Shown piece by piece: positions 39,689-50,463 of a stretch of DNA of 64,000 nt. Position numbers and translations under genes: made by a program. The DNA comes from Sedimentisphaerales bacterium (lineage in GTDB: Bacteria; Planctomycetota; Phycisphaerae; Sedimentisphaerales; SM23-30): assembly GCA_963666285.1 (NCBI GenBank), contig OY762711.1, one strand, 5' to 3'. The notes beneath the pieces are model-generated. The model saw nothing but the letters and a program-made list of their open reading frames with translations, did not search any database and was not told where the DNA came from. Position 1 is the stretch's first letter; every line of letters begins with the position of its first letter.

Positions 39689-41128
39689 TTAAACTTTAAG
39701 CTCCATTTCAGCTGCCTTTGCATATTTGCGGTATGTCTTACGGAAAGGAACGATAATATCACGGATAAATGAATCTACCTGCTCCGGACTTCTGCCAATA
39801 TATCTTTCCGGTTTGAGCACATCATTAAGATTAACTTTATCAAACAAATTGTCATTTTTCAGGCGTTCGATAAGGTCATTCTTTCGGCCAAACATTTTTA
39901 CCTGTTCAGCTGCATCCATACTATGCTGCCTGATAGCTTCATGCAGCTCCTGGCGATTGCCTCCGGCCGCTACTGCTGCCATCAGGATATCCTCTGTCGC
40001 CATGAAAGGCAGTTCGGCATCAACCGCAGCGGCTACCACCTTTGGATAGACCACCATACCGTCAATAACGTTTGCCAGGATACCCAATATTGAATCTACC
40101 GCCAGAAATGCCTCTGGTATTGAAAGACGCTTATTGGCCGAGTCATCCAGGGTACGCTCAAACCACTGCTCAGCCGCTGTCATAGCCGGAGAGCTGGCAA
40201 GAGAAATGACATACCTGGAAAGCGAAGTAATTCGCTCACAACGCATAGGATTGCGTTTATATGCCATCGCAGAAGAGCCAATCTGTTTCTTTTCAAACGG
40301 TTCTTCGATCTGCTTGAGATTGGCCAGCAATCTCACATCATTGGCAAATTTATGAGCCGACTGGGCAATACTGGAAAGAGTTGACAAAATATTTGCATCT
40401 ATCTTACGGTTATATGTCTGGCCCGAAACCGGTGAGATACTGCTGAAGCCCATTTTTTTAGCTACCATTTTTTCCAAGCGAACAACCTTACTGTGGTTAC
40501 CGTCAAATAGTTTCAGAAAAGAAGCCTGGGTGCCTGTTGTACCTTTACAAGACCGGAAAACTATTGTCTCCAGGCGGTGCTGAACCTCTTCCATATCTGT
40601 AACAAAATCATAACACCAGAGGGTAGCACGCTTGCCAACCGTTGTTAGTTGGGCCGGCTGAAAATGGGTATAACCCAGGGTTGCCATCTTTTTATACTTC
40701 TTGGCAAATACCGCCATAAGGTCAACTACCTTGAATAACCTGGCACGAACAAGCTCCAGAGCTGTTTTCATCTGGATCAAGTCTGTATTGTCGCCAACAA
40801 AAGCACTGGTTGCCCCCAGGTGAATAATTGGAGCTGCCTTGGGTGCACAATCACCAAAAGTATGAACATGAGCCATTACATCATGACGAAATTTCTTTTC
40901 ATATGCAGCTGCTTTTTTATAATCAATATTTTTCAGATTATCATTCATTTCCTTGAGCTGGGCCTTGGTTATCGGCAGCCCAAGTTCAGATTGACTTTCA
41001 GCCAAAGCCAGCCAGAGCCTGCGCCATGTGCCAAACTTAAAATTAGGCGAGAAAATCTCAGACATCTCGGCAGAACAATAACGGCTTAATAGCGGGTTTT
41101 CATATTGATTGAAATCCTGTTTACTCAT
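39689..41128 (-). CDS. purB: Adenylosuccinate lyase
   Basis: RHDVMAHVH, HLGATS, THFQPAQ, GSSAMAYKRNP. Confidence 0.97.
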   Translation of the reverse strand: MSKQDFNQYENPLLSRYCSAEMSEIFSPNFKFGTWRRLWLALAESQSELGLPITKAQLKEMNDNLKNIDYKKAAAYEKKFRHDVMAHVHTFGDCAPKAAPIIHLGATSAFVGDNTDLIQMKTALELVRARLFKVVDLMAVFAKKYKKMATLGYTHFQPAQLTTVGKRATLWCYDFVTDMEEVQHRLETIVFRSCKGTTGTQASFLKLFDGNHSKVVRLEKMVAKKMGFSSISPVSGQTYNRKIDANILSTLSSIAQSAHKFANDVRLLANLKQIEEPFEKKQIGSSAMAYKRNPMRCERITSLSRYVISLASSPAMTAAEQWFERTLDDSANKRLSIPEAFLAVDSILGILANVIDGMVVYPKVVAAAVDAELPFMATEDILMAAVAAGGNRQELHEAIRQHSMDAAEQVKMFGRKNDLIERLKNDNLFDKVNLNDVLKPERYIGRSPEQVDSFIRDIIVPFRKTYRKYAKAAEMELKV

Positions 41129-41335
41129 AATAAAACCTCAAAACTGTTTAGTTTCAAATTATCAATTAAATCAAAGTGACCGGTTTTACACTTTGCTTTA
41201 TTGTAACAGATTATAGTGCAATCTGTTACATTACTAAATTATATTTGGTTGCCGCCTGCCCTGAGTTCATCGATGGGCTGAGGCATTCCTTGCCTAATAC
41301 CTACTCTCAAACTGACCATAGGCCAGGTTGAGTAA

Positions 41336-42136
41336 TTAAAATAATTTTAAGATATAAGGCATTGTAAAATAAATTATATCATAGCAGGCATGTGCTCCGA
41401 CAACTATACCATAGCCCCGGTAATGAAAAACAAGTGCAAAATAGATACCGGCTGCCATTCTAAAGAGAAAATCACCGGCATGTATCTCTTCCAGCCGGAT
41501 AAATCCGCCTGACATATCAATTCCATAATAATGATGAGCTGCGAACAAAAAGGCGGATATCATTGTTGCCAACAAAACCGAAACGGTTGTATCAAATCTT
41601 AATATATCATCCAAAAGCAGTAAAAGCAGGCCAAGTATTATTAGCCGAAAAACTAGCTCTTCGTAAATACCTGCCCCGACCCCGGTTACTAACTTTGCAT
41701 AATAACTGCTGCCTGTATCAATCTCTGAAAATGATGTACCATTCATTATAAAACAAATAACAAACAAGGGTACGGTTAGTATAAACGATTCAAATCCCAT
41801 CCAAAACAGCCATGATAACCTTACTTTCCAGGGAAAATTACTGAAGATATGCATGCACAACATGGTAATTACTACCATCGCACCGGGAAAGGCCCATACT
41901 AACTTTCCGCCGACACCAAGTACCCTGGCAATACCGATTATCCAGGTAAATGATGTTATTCGTTCTGGTGCATTTGCAATCTGCTCGGCATCTACTATTA
42001 TTGTGCCGATCTCATACAATGCAATCAACGGCAGCAAAAAGCATAGCGAATATAGCGGCCTTCTGACAACAAAGAAATAGTTATTTTTGATAACAACTTC
42101 ATCTGTCAAATCACTTTTTTTTCGACGTGGTGACAT
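41336..42136 (-). CDS. CPBP (CAAX/Abi) family intramembrane glutamic protease
   Basis: Multi-TM; EELVFR, FAAHH, HACYD. Confidence 0.85.
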   Translation of the reverse strand: MSPRRKKSDLTDEVVIKNNYFFVVRRPLYSLCFLLPLIALYEIGTIIVDAEQIANAPERITSFTWIIGIARVLGVGGKLVWAFPGAMVVITMLCMHIFSNFPWKVRLSWLFWMGFESFILTVPLFVICFIMNGTSFSEIDTGSSYYAKLVTGVGAGIYEELVFRLIILGLLLLLLDDILRFDTTVSVLLATMISAFLFAAHHYYGIDMSGGFIRLEEIHAGDFLFRMAAGIYFALVFHYRGYGIVVGAHACYDIIYFTMPYILKLF

Positions 42137-42212
42137 ATAAAAGTAATAATATACAAAATACTGTCAAAAAAGCAACTTACAAAGGTTGCAACAGTTAACC
42201 GTTAACATCTGT

Positions 42213-42257
42213 AAAAAAGAAAACCGGCTCTCTGCATATATGCCAGACAGCCGGTTT
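42213..42257 (-). terminator. Terminator of ribosomal superoperon
   Basis: AACCGGCU-GUCUG..CAGAG-AGCCGGUUUUCUUUUUU. Confidence 0.75.
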
Positions 42258-42285
42258 AAATTCCAATATAAAACCAAATATTTTA

Positions 42286-42861
42286 TTATTCGGCTTTTTC
42301 CTGCTCTTCTGCAGTATCTTCAGCCGGAGCATCTTCTACTGGTGCTTCGTCAGCTGGGGCTTCCTGCTCGGCAGGAGCCTCTTCAGCAGCTGGAGCGGCA
42401 TCTGATACTACAGGTGCTTCTTCTTTTGCTGGTTTAGACTTCTTAGCTTTAGGACCGGTATATTCACCGACCAACTGAAGCAGACATAGCTCACCATTGT
42501 CACCAATTCGCCGATATGGTAGCCTTACGATTCGGGTATAACCACCCGGACGTTCCTTCATTAGAGGGCCGATCTCAGCAAAAAGTTTGGCAATCACCGT
42601 TGTCTCTTTAACTACATCACCATCTTTTTCTACACAGATATTTCTATCCTGCAGTAAAGATATGGCACGACGTCTGGCATGCAGATCGCCTTTCTTGGCC
42701 AATGTGATAAGCTTTTCAGCAAAAGGACGAACAAATTTGGCTTTTTCGATAGTGGTCGAGATTGTACCGTGTTCAAAAAGGGAAGCTGCCAAATTCCGTC
42801 TCAAAGCGGTACGGTGTGCACTTGTACGATTTAAATGTTTACCTGCGCGTTGATGACGCAT
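42286..42861 (-). CDS. rplQ: 50S ribosomal protein bL17 with acidic Ala/Glu/Pro tail
   Basis: MRHQ..LNRTSAHR, RPGGYTRI. Confidence 0.97.
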   Translation of the reverse strand: MRHQRAGKHLNRTSAHRTALRRNLAASLFEHGTISTTIEKAKFVRPFAEKLITLAKKGDLHARRRAISLLQDRNICVEKDGDVVKETTVIAKLFAEIGPLMKERPGGYTRIVRLPYRRIGDNGELCLLQLVGEYTGPKAKKSKPAKEEAPVVSDAAPAAEEAPAEQEAPADEAPVEDAPAEDTAEEQEKAE

Positions 42862-42948
42862 CTAACTAACCTCATTATCTAAATTATATACTTGTTTACT
42901 CTATTACCACTTACTTAATGGTATTACATTTATTACATATCCGAAATA

Positions 42949-43971
42949 TTATTCCGGAGAAATATCATATCCTGCTACATCCAAGCCAAGGCTCAGTTCC
43001 AGCTCTTCCAGCTTACGTTTTACTTCACGTAAAGAGGTCTTGCCAAAGCTTCGCAATGCCAGCAACTGATTTTCATCCTGGCTGACTAGCTGCCCTACTG
43101 TTTCAAACTTACCCATTTCCAGGCAGTTCATAGCTCTTACTGAAAGATCAAGGGCATTTATCGGCATACGCAGTTTTCTGCTCAGCTCATCATTGGTTTC
43201 TACTGTTTCGATATCTGTATCAATATCATCATCAGTAATTTCGCCGCCTACGGCTCCTTTAACTCCAACTTCAGCATACTGAATGAACGGGCCAAGGTGC
43301 TTATGCAGAATCTTGGCTGATTCAACTAGTGCCATCTGAGGAGTCATGGTTCCATCTGTCCAGATCTCCATAACCAGGCGGTCGTAGTTGATTGCCTGAC
43401 CTACACGAGTCTCCTCGATACGATACCTTACTCGAGTTACAGGCGAGTAAATAGCATCGATTTCAATAACTTCCAGATCTTCTGGCCTGGATGGTTTATC
43501 CGCCGGTGAGATATAACCGCGACCACGCTCTACTGTCATTTCAAGGTCAAAATTTACCTCGTCAGTTAATGTCGCAATTTTATGGTCCGGGTCTATAATG
43601 GTTATAGATGCATCTGCTTCAATGTCACCGGCAGTTATATCACCGACTGTATTTTTCCGAATACGCATTGTCTTCGGCTCATCTGAATCCAGCAATATTA
43701 CCAATGTCTTGATATTCAAAATAATATCACAGGCATCTTCCAATACACCGTCCAGAGAAGCAAATTCATGGGTCGCACCTTTTAATTTGATGCTTGTAAC
43801 TGCACTACCTTCAAGTGAAGATAAAAGAATTCTTCTCAAGCTGTTTCCTAAAGTAGTTCCAAAACCACGTTCAAACGGTTCTATATAAAATACACCGTAC
43901 TTGTCTGTTGACCTTTCCAGGTCTAGTTCTACTTTTGTCGGCAGCTCTAATCCACGCCATCTTATACGCAT
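42949..43971 (-). CDS. rpoA: RNA polymerase alpha subunit
   Basis: EPFERGFGTTLGNSLRRILLSS, LSVRA.NCL, FGKTSLRE. Confidence 0.98.
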   Translation of the reverse strand: MRIRWRGLELPTKVELDLERSTDKYGVFYIEPFERGFGTTLGNSLRRILLSSLEGSAVTSIKLKGATHEFASLDGVLEDACDIILNIKTLVILLDSDEPKTMRIRKNTVGDITAGDIEADASITIIDPDHKIATLTDEVNFDLEMTVERGRGYISPADKPSRPEDLEVIEIDAIYSPVTRVRYRIEETRVGQAINYDRLVMEIWTDGTMTPQMALVESAKILHKHLGPFIQYAEVGVKGAVGGEITDDDIDTDIETVETNDELSRKLRMPINALDLSVRAMNCLEMGKFETVGQLVSQDENQLLALRSFGKTSLREVKRKLEELELSLGLDVAGYDISPE

Positions 43972-44151
43972 TATTCTGGCCTCCTGCTGTTAAACATTCA
44001 GTAATTTACCGGCAAACGGTATTGCTATCTGCCAGAGACAGCCTGCATGGTAAATCCTTTCTGTTAACTGCAATATGTATATCGTTACTGGAGCTATGCT
44101 CCATTATATCTGCCGTAATACCGTAAAAACTCGGCTGATATTACATTTTCA

Positions 44152-44787
44152 TTACTTAGAACAGAATTCAACAATCAGCTGTTCTTCGATTGGCAGCATA
44201 ACATGCTCTCTGCCTGGTAAGTTCACAACTATAGCTTCGGCTTTCGCTGCATCTATCTGCAGCCAGTCCTGACCGGGAAGGCCGGCACCTGATTCCAGGT
44301 GTGTCTTTACTATTGTCTGTGATTTATCTTTACTACGAACAGCAATCTTGTCGCCTGATTTCACCAGGTAGCTGGCAATATCTACTTTATGGCCGTTTAC
44401 ATAAATATGACCATGAGAGATCAACTGCCTGGCCTGCTTACGTGAGCCGCCTGAGAAGTTGAGCTTGTAGACTACATTATCAAGTCTTCTTTCCAGCAGG
44501 CATAACAAAGCTTCACCTGTATTACGCTTTTCTTTTTCTGCCATACTGAAATACTTACGAAACTGACTTTCCAGTACACCATAATAGCGTTTTACTTTTT
44601 GCTTCTCACGCAGACGAACACCATAGTCACTGCCCTTACCGCGACGCCATGAATGCATTCCCGGTACTTTGTTACGGCTCTGTGATTCTATCGCACATTT
44701 CGCACTGTCGCATCTACTACTCTTTAGATACAACTTTACGCCTTCTCGCCTACATTGACGACATGCTGGACCTGTGTTTCTTGCCAT
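44152..44787 (-). CDS. rpsD: 30S ribosomal protein uS4 (Zn-binding type)
   Basis: CRQCRREG, LREKQK, LERRLDNVV. Confidence 0.98.
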   Translation of the reverse strand: MARNTGPACRQCRREGVKLYLKSSRCDSAKCAIESQSRNKVPGMHSWRRGKGSDYGVRLREKQKVKRYYGVLESQFRKYFSMAEKEKRNTGEALLCLLERRLDNVVYKLNFSGGSRKQARQLISHGHIYVNGHKVDIASYLVKSGDKIAVRSKDKSQTIVKTHLESGAGLPGQDWLQIDAAKAEAIVVNLPGREHVMLPIEEQLIVEFCSK

Positions 44788-44883
44788 TAGCTTTTTATCG
44801 CTCCTGTTTATACTAAACTAAAAATTTATTTATTCTTACAAAGCTGTAAGCCTGCACACATCTCGGTTCAAGATGAGCAATGC

Positions 44884-45276
44884 TTATACACGACGCCTCT
44901 TGCGAGGACGACAACCGTTATGAGGCAACGGAGTAACATCTTCTATTGATGTTATCTTCAGTCCTGCTGCCTGCAATGATGTTATTGCTGATTCGCGACC
45001 TGAGCCTGCGCCTTTAACCTGCACTTCAACTTCGGTCACGCCGAACTTCCTGGCAGTATTAGCACATTTCTCTGCTGCTCGCTGTGCGGCAAAAGGAGTA
45101 CTCTTACGAGATCCCTTAAAGCCGATTGTGCCGGCTGAATCTCTGCATAGAGTGTCACCGTTTACATCTGTTATTGTTACCAGCGTATTATTAAAGGTGG
45201 CTTTGATATGAGCAATACCTTTGCCAACGCCACGCCTTACATTTTTCTTCTTACCGGTTGTTCTTTTCTTAGCCAT
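44884..45276 (-). CDS. rpsK: 30S ribosomal protein uS11
   Basis: [22 protein letters not shown]. Confidence 0.98.
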   Translation of the reverse strand: MAKKRTTGKKKNVRRGVGKGIAHIKATFNNTLVTITDVNGDTLCRDSAGTIGFKGSRKSTPFAAQRAAEKCANTARKFGVTEVEVQVKGAGSGRESAITSLQAAGLKITSIEDVTPLPHNGCRPRKRRRV

Positions 45277-45438
45277 ATATTTTTCCTGTTATTGTCAACA
45301 GCATTCTTAATTATGCTTCAAAACTTTATGCTATTTACATTCTAACGACTTACTTACTAACCCGGATGACTTTCTAAATCTCTCCTGGCTGCTGCTTCTG
45401 TCGTTAGATATCAACAACAAGCAAGTCCCAAAGGCTTA

Positions 45439-45807
45439 TTAGCCCTTCTTACCTGCTACTGTCTTACGTGGACCTTTACGAGTGCGTGCATTGCTCTGAG
45501 TGTTCTGACCACGTACCGGAAGACCACGACGATGACGCAGACCACGGTAACAGGCGATTTCTTTCAATCGGGTAACATTCTGAGCTAACTGACGACGCAA
45601 ATGACCTTCAACAATATAGTCACGGTCAATTATACCCGCTATACGAGTGATTTCTTCTTCATTAAGATCTCGCGCTTTCATGTTAGGATCAACATTAGCT
45701 TCTTCAATGATCTTCTTTGAAAAATGACGACCGATACCCTGGATATAGGTCATTGCAATCCACAACGGTTTGTTATTTGGTATGTCAACACCTGCGATAC
45801 GAGGCAT
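45439..45807 (-). CDS. rpsM: 30S ribosomal protein uS13
   Basis: [25 protein letters not shown]. Confidence 0.98.
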   Translation of the reverse strand: MPRIAGVDIPNNKPLWIAMTYIQGIGRHFSKKIIEEANVDPNMKARDLNEEEITRIAGIIDRDYIVEGHLRRQLAQNVTRLKEIACYRGLRHRRGLPVRGQNTQSNARTRKGPRKTVAGKKG

Positions 45808-45822
45808 ATTTCAAGTCTCCAG

Positions 45823-45942
45823 TTACTTACCTTGACGTTGTTTGTGACGAGGATTTGCTGAACAAATTACTCTGACAACGCCTTTACGTTTAACTATTTT
45901 ACAACTTTCACAAATTTTCTTTACTGAACTACGAACTTTCAT
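45823..45942 (-). CDS. rpmJ: 50S ribosomal protein bL36 (Zn-binding type); not in ORF track
   Basis: Hand translation [39 protein letters not shown]. Confidence 0.97.
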   Translation of the reverse strand: MKVRSSVKKICESCKIVKRKGVVRVICSANPRHKQRQGK

Positions 45943-46002
45943 TTTTATTCACCTCAAGCAAGGTTAATTTACATCAAACAGCGAAACTTATATTACTGTT
46001 AC

Positions 46003-46218
46003 TTACTTACGAAGTACAATTCTGCCCCGTTTCAAATCGTAAGGGCTTAATTCTACAGTAACTGTATCACCAGGAAGAATACGAATAAAATGCATTCTCA
46101 TCTTCCCTGATACATGCGCCAGGATCTCATGACCGTTTTCAAGCGATACTCGAAATACCGCATTCGGTAATGCTTCCAGCACAGTAGCTTCAACTTTAAT
46201 TGCGTCTTTTTTCGCCAT
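46003..46218 (-). CDS. infA: Translation initiation factor IF-1
   Basis: [27 protein letters not shown]. Confidence 0.98.
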   Translation of the reverse strand: MAKKDAIKVEATVLEALPNAVFRVSLENGHEILAHVSGKMRMHFIRILPGDTVTVELSPYDLKRGRIVLRK

Positions 46219-46234
46219 ATAAATTCTATTTATC

Positions 46235-47011
46235 TTAATTTGCCAGTGTCAGTACTTCACATCCACTGTTAGTAATCGCTATCGTATGCTCAAAGTGCGC
46301 TGATGTTTTTCCATCGGCAGTGACAACTGTCCAGCCGTCATCTAAGGTTCTGCACTTCCAGGTACCTGCATTTACCATTGGCTCTATCGCAAGTACCATA
46401 CCTTTTCTCAATAGTAAGTCGTTTCTTAATAATGACTTATCTACAAAGTTAGGTATTTTCGGATCTTCGTGCATCTCTCGGCCAATGCCATGGCCGACAT
46501 AATCACGAACTACTCCGAATCCGGCATCCTCGGCATGCTTTTGCATCTTGCCGGCTATTTCGCTCCATAATACTCCTGGGCGACATTCTTTTACTGCTAT
46601 ATCCAAAACGCCGGAGGTTATTTCCAACAGCTTCGTTTTTTCTTCTGATACCTGGCCTACAGCTAATGTTACTGCTGCGTCACCACAATATCCTTTTAAT
46701 TTTGTTCCGCAGTCAATGCTTATTATATCGCCATCCTGCAAAACTCTTTCACCTGGTATGCCATGTACAACTTCTTCGTTGACACTGGCACAAATACTCG
46801 CCGGAAAATCCGGATATCCCGGACACGGCACACCTTTGAACAATGCTATTGCTCCGGATCGTTCGATTATTTCATCGCTGATCCGAGCCATCTCACCTGT
46901 TGTCAGGCCAGGTTTAACTATCTCTCGGAAATGAGCCAGAACTTCACCGACTATTCTGCCGGCATCTTTCATTTTGACTATTTCTCTATCAGTCTTAATT
47001 GCTATTGCCAT
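46235..47011 (-). CDS. map: Methionine aminopeptidase type I
   Basis: [31 protein letters not shown]. Confidence 0.97.
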   Translation of the reverse strand: MAIAIKTDREIVKMKDAGRIVGEVLAHFREIVKPGLTTGEMARISDEIIERSGAIALFKGVPCPGYPDFPASICASVNEEVVHGIPGERVLQDGDIISIDCGTKLKGYCGDAAVTLAVGQVSEEKTKLLEITSGVLDIAVKECRPGVLWSEIAGKMQKHAEDAGFGVVRDYVGHGIGREMHEDPKIPNFVDKSLLRNDLLLRKGMVLAIEPMVNAGTWKCRTLDDGWTVVTADGKTSAHFEHTIAITNSGCEVLTLAN

Positions 47012-47021
47012 TATTTAAGGC

Positions 47022-47675
47022 CTAGCCTTTTACTTCATCTAAAACTGCTTTCAAAGAAGCTGTTACTTCTTCAATCGCTACGTTTCCATTTACTGCTTTT
47101 ACATTACCCTGCTTGCTGTAGTATTCTACCAGCGGAGCTGTTTGAGCATGATAAGTATTAATTCTGTTCTGAACTGTCTCGGCTGTATCGTCTGCACGCT
47201 GTGTTAATTCACCACAGCCGTTATCACACTGATTCTCAACCTTAGGAGGTATATATTTAATGTGATAAGCTGCACCGCATTTCAAACAGCTGCGACGTCC
47301 GCAAACGCGTTCTTCCAGCAGACTGTCATCTACCTGCAGATTCAAAACTACATCTATTTTCTTACCGGCTGCTGTTAGTGCCTTATCCAGTTCTTCTGCC
47401 TGGCCGGTTGTACGAGGGAAACCGTCAAATACAAAACCACTTACATCACCGCAAGCATCAATTTCCTTCATCATCATAGCAACAATCAGATCATCAGGTA
47501 CCAATTGTCCGCTATCCATATACTTCTGAGCTTCATTACCCAAATCTGTGCCTTCTTTTCTTTCACGACGAAGGATATCGCCGCTTGAAAGATGTTTCAA
47601 ACCATAGTTTTCAACTATATATGCACACTGGGTACCTTTACCTGCTCCGGGAGGGCCTAAAAATACTACTATCAT
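47022..47675 (-). CDS. adk: Adenylate kinase (Zn lid)
   Basis: GPPGAGKGTQ, DGFPRT, CLKC..CDNGC. Confidence 0.98.
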   Translation of the reverse strand: MIVVFLGPPGAGKGTQCAYIVENYGLKHLSSGDILRRERKEGTDLGNEAQKYMDSGQLVPDDLIVAMMMKEIDACGDVSGFVFDGFPRTTGQAEELDKALTAAGKKIDVVLNLQVDDSLLEERVCGRRSCLKCGAAYHIKYIPPKVENQCDNGCGELTQRADDTAETVQNRINTYHAQTAPLVEYYSKQGNVKAVNGNVAIEEVTASLKAVLDEVKG

Positions 47676-49018
47676 TATCTAGCTCCTTTAATTTTTCCGC
47701 TATCCATAAAGCCGGAATAATTTCTCATCATGAGATTAGTTTCTATTCGCTGTACCAGGTCAAGAGAAACAGATACAACGATCAGTAATCCAGTCCCCCC
47801 GAGGAAATTCGCTATCATAAAATTGACATCAAGGCCAACTATTATCAATGTCGGTACTACCGCAATCAGAGCCAAAAAGCCGGCACCTGCATATGTTATA
47901 CGAGTTACAACCTTTTCCAGGTATTCTGCGGTTCGACGTCCAGGTCTTAAACCTGGTATAAATGCTCCCTGATCTCTCAGGTTATTTGCTATCTCTTTAG
48001 GCTGGAACTGTACTGTTGTCCAGAAGAAAGCAAAGAAGAAAATCAACGCTATATAGCACATATTATATACAAACGCTCGCTGTGAAAAACAATTTTCCAG
48101 GGTACGCCAGATCTGTACATCAAAGGTCTTTGCCAGCTGGCTGAACAGTACTCTAGGCATCTGCATTAGTGTTACAGCAAAGATAATTGGGATTACACCA
48201 CCCTGGTTAACTCTCAAAGGCAGATACTGACGCTGGCCGCCATATACTTTTCTGCCGCGAGTCATTCTTGCCTGTTGAATCGGGATACGACGCTGCCCCT
48301 GAGTAATCAGGATAGAGCCCGCAATTACCGCGATAAAAGCTAGTACCAGTACTGGAATCTTTTCAGCACCAATTACTTTTTCATTTACATCTCTTACTAA
48401 CTGGCCGATTGCCCATGGGAATCTGGACAAAATACCTGCCATAATTATAAGACTTATTCCATTTCCTATTCCATATTCATCAATCTGTTCACCCAGCCAC
48501 ATCAAAAATACTGTTCCGGCTGTCATACCGGCGACACCCATGATTGTGAACATCATATTGTTTTCTAATGCTATTTCAGGATATACAAAGCCGCTTCTTT
48601 TTAGCCAGACCATAATAAATGATGCCTGAAGTACACAAAGACCTACTGCTGCATATCTTGTGTATTCCTGGATCTTTTTACGACCGGATGCACCTTCTTT
48701 AGCCAGTCTTTCCAGTGATGGAACTACTGTTGCCAACAGCTGAAAAATAATTGAAGCTGAAATATAAGGCATAATACCCAGACCAAACAATGAACTCTGG
48801 GTGAGCATACCACCTGTAAACATTGACAGGTAATTTGCCGCCTGCTGCAACGGGTTATCTCCACTATCGCCGCCAAATATCTTGGCCATAGCTTCCTGAT
48901 TTACTCCCGGCAGCGGGATATGAAAACCAACTCGATATATTGCCAGAAGCATTAGCGTAAAAAGTATCTTTTTACGCAATTCCGGGACTTTAAATATATT
49001 TACAAATGTAGAAATCAT
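47675..49018 (-). CDS. secY: Preprotein translocase SecY
   Basis: LGIMPYISASII, GIGNGISL, IPGLRPG, GGTGLLIVV. Confidence 0.98.
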   Translation of the reverse strand: MISTFVNIFKVPELRKKILFTLMLLAIYRVGFHIPLPGVNQEAMAKIFGGDSGDNPLQQAANYLSMFTGGMLTQSSLFGLGIMPYISASIIFQLLATVVPSLERLAKEGASGRKKIQEYTRYAAVGLCVLQASFIMVWLKRSGFVYPEIALENNMMFTIMGVAGMTAGTVFLMWLGEQIDEYGIGNGISLIIMAGILSRFPWAIGQLVRDVNEKVIGAEKIPVLVLAFIAVIAGSILITQGQRRIPIQQARMTRGRKVYGGQRQYLPLRVNQGGVIPIIFAVTLMQMPRVLFSQLAKTFDVQIWRTLENCFSQRAFVYNMCYIALIFFFAFFWTTVQFQPKEIANNLRDQGAFIPGLRPGRRTAEYLEKVVTRITYAGAGFLALIAVVPTLIIVGLDVNFMIANFLGGTGLLIVVSVSLDLVQRIETNLMMRNYSGFMDSGKIKGAR

Positions 49019-49045
49019 TTCGCTCTATGCCTTCCATGTATCTTT

Positions 49046-49492
49046 CTACGATACCAGTTCCACCTTACCGCCAGCTCCGGCAATCTTCTGCTCTGCCGAA
49101 CGACTGAACTTATTTGCAACCACAGTCAATTTCCTTGTTAGTTCGCCACTTCCCAGTATTTTCACTGGCAAATCTGAACTGCGTATCAAACCGGCTTTTG
49201 AAAGTACTTCAGCATTAATTGTTGCACCTTCATCAAAACGATCTAACTGTGATATATTTACAATTGCATAACGTCTGGCAAAATTAGCATTATTAAATCC
49301 GCGTTTCGGTAAACGACGGAACAGAGGCATCTGTCCACCTTCGCTCACGATTGGCAGATTAGGACCAGCATTGGCCTTCTGTCCTTTGTGACCACGTCCG
49401 GCTGTCTTGCCCAGTCCGCTTCCCTGGCCTCGGCCAAGACGACGACGTGCTTTATGCTTTCCTACCAGCGATGTAATCTCATGATTCATCAT
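49046..49492 (-). CDS. rplO: 50S ribosomal protein uL15
   Basis: GRGQGSGLGKTAGRGHKGQ, EGGQMPLFRRLPKRGF. Confidence 0.98.
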   Translation of the reverse strand: MMNHEITSLVGKHKARRRLGRGQGSGLGKTAGRGHKGQKANAGPNLPIVSEGGQMPLFRRLPKRGFNNANFARRYAIVNISQLDRFDEGATINAEVLSKAGLIRSSDLPVKILGSGELTRKLTVVANKFSRSAEQKIAGAGGKVELVS

Positions 49493-49512
49493 GGCTTGTC
49501 TAATTCCTTAAT

Positions 49513-50016
49513 TTATGCAGATATTGTTACTCCGCGAAGCTTTTCAATGTCTTCACGGCTTTTTAACGACAACAAGGCATTCATGGTAGCCTTTACAACA
49601 TTCCTTGGATTTGTACTTCCGTAAATCTTACTCAGTACATCATGCACTCCGGCAAGCTCCAATACTGGACGAGCTGAACCGCCAGCAATAACACCGGTAC
49701 CTGGGTCTGCTGGGATCAGTACAATTTGGGTTGAGCCGAATCGTCCTGTTACCTGATGCGGAATTGTGTTTCCTTCCAGGTTAACTTTATTTAAGGACTT
49801 ACGACCTTCTTTTATTGCTTTTTCGACTGATGGCGGTACTTCATTTGCTTTTCCATAGCCAAATCCCACCTCGCCGTTACGATTGCCAACAACTACTAGT
49901 GCGGCAAAGCTGAAATTCCTTCCACCTTTTACCACCTTGGAACAGCGAAAAATCTTCACTACCTGTTCTTCAAGGCCTGAGCTGTTTTCTTCAATATTTC
50001 GTGCTGCCTGAGCCAC
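49513..50016 (-). CDS. rpsE: 30S ribosomal protein uS5
   Basis: KVVKGGRNFSF, GTGVIAGG; GTG start. Confidence 0.98.
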   Translation of the reverse strand: MAQAARNIEENSSGLEEQVVKIFRCSKVVKGGRNFSFAALVVVGNRNGEVGFGYGKANEVPPSVEKAIKEGRKSLNKVNLEGNTIPHQVTGRFGSTQIVLIPADPGTGVIAGGSARPVLELAGVHDVLSKIYGSTNPRNVVKATMNALLSLKSREDIEKLRGVTISA

Positions 50017-50046
50017 GTGCTATCTCCAAATATCTACAGGTTAAAA

Positions 50047-50412
50047 TTAAAATACCAAACCAGCTTCTCTTGCGGCATCTGCAAGAGCTTTTACTCGGCC
50101 ATGGTACTTATAACCGTTACGATCAAAACGTACTTGACGAATGCCTATTTCCTGTGCCTTACGGGCTAATGCTTCACCTATCTTGGCTGCCGCATCTTTG
50201 TTGCCCTTTGTCTTTGCGCCGTCTACGTCAACATTCATTGTTGATGCTGATACCAGTGTGCAACCGGCTTCATCATCAATTATCTGTGCGTACATATGAC
50301 GTAAAGAACGGAACACTGTCAAACGAGGATTTTGAGCATCACCGCTGATCTTTTTACGGACTCTCAACTTCCTGCGTTGCCATTTCTTATTCTTAAACTT
50401 AGTCTTATCCAT
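50047..50412 (-). CDS. rplR: 50S ribosomal protein uL18
   Basis: [20 protein letters not shown]. Confidence 0.98.
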   Translation of the reverse strand: MDKTKFKNKKWQRRKLRVRKKISGDAQNPRLTVFRSLRHMYAQIIDDEAGCTLVSASTMNVDVDGAKTKGNKDAAAKIGEALARKAQEIGIRQVRFDRNGYKYHGRVKALADAAREAGLVF

Positions 50413-50463
50413 CGCTTTATTCCAGCTAACTTTGTTATATTTTCTAGCTTACTATGCTATTGT

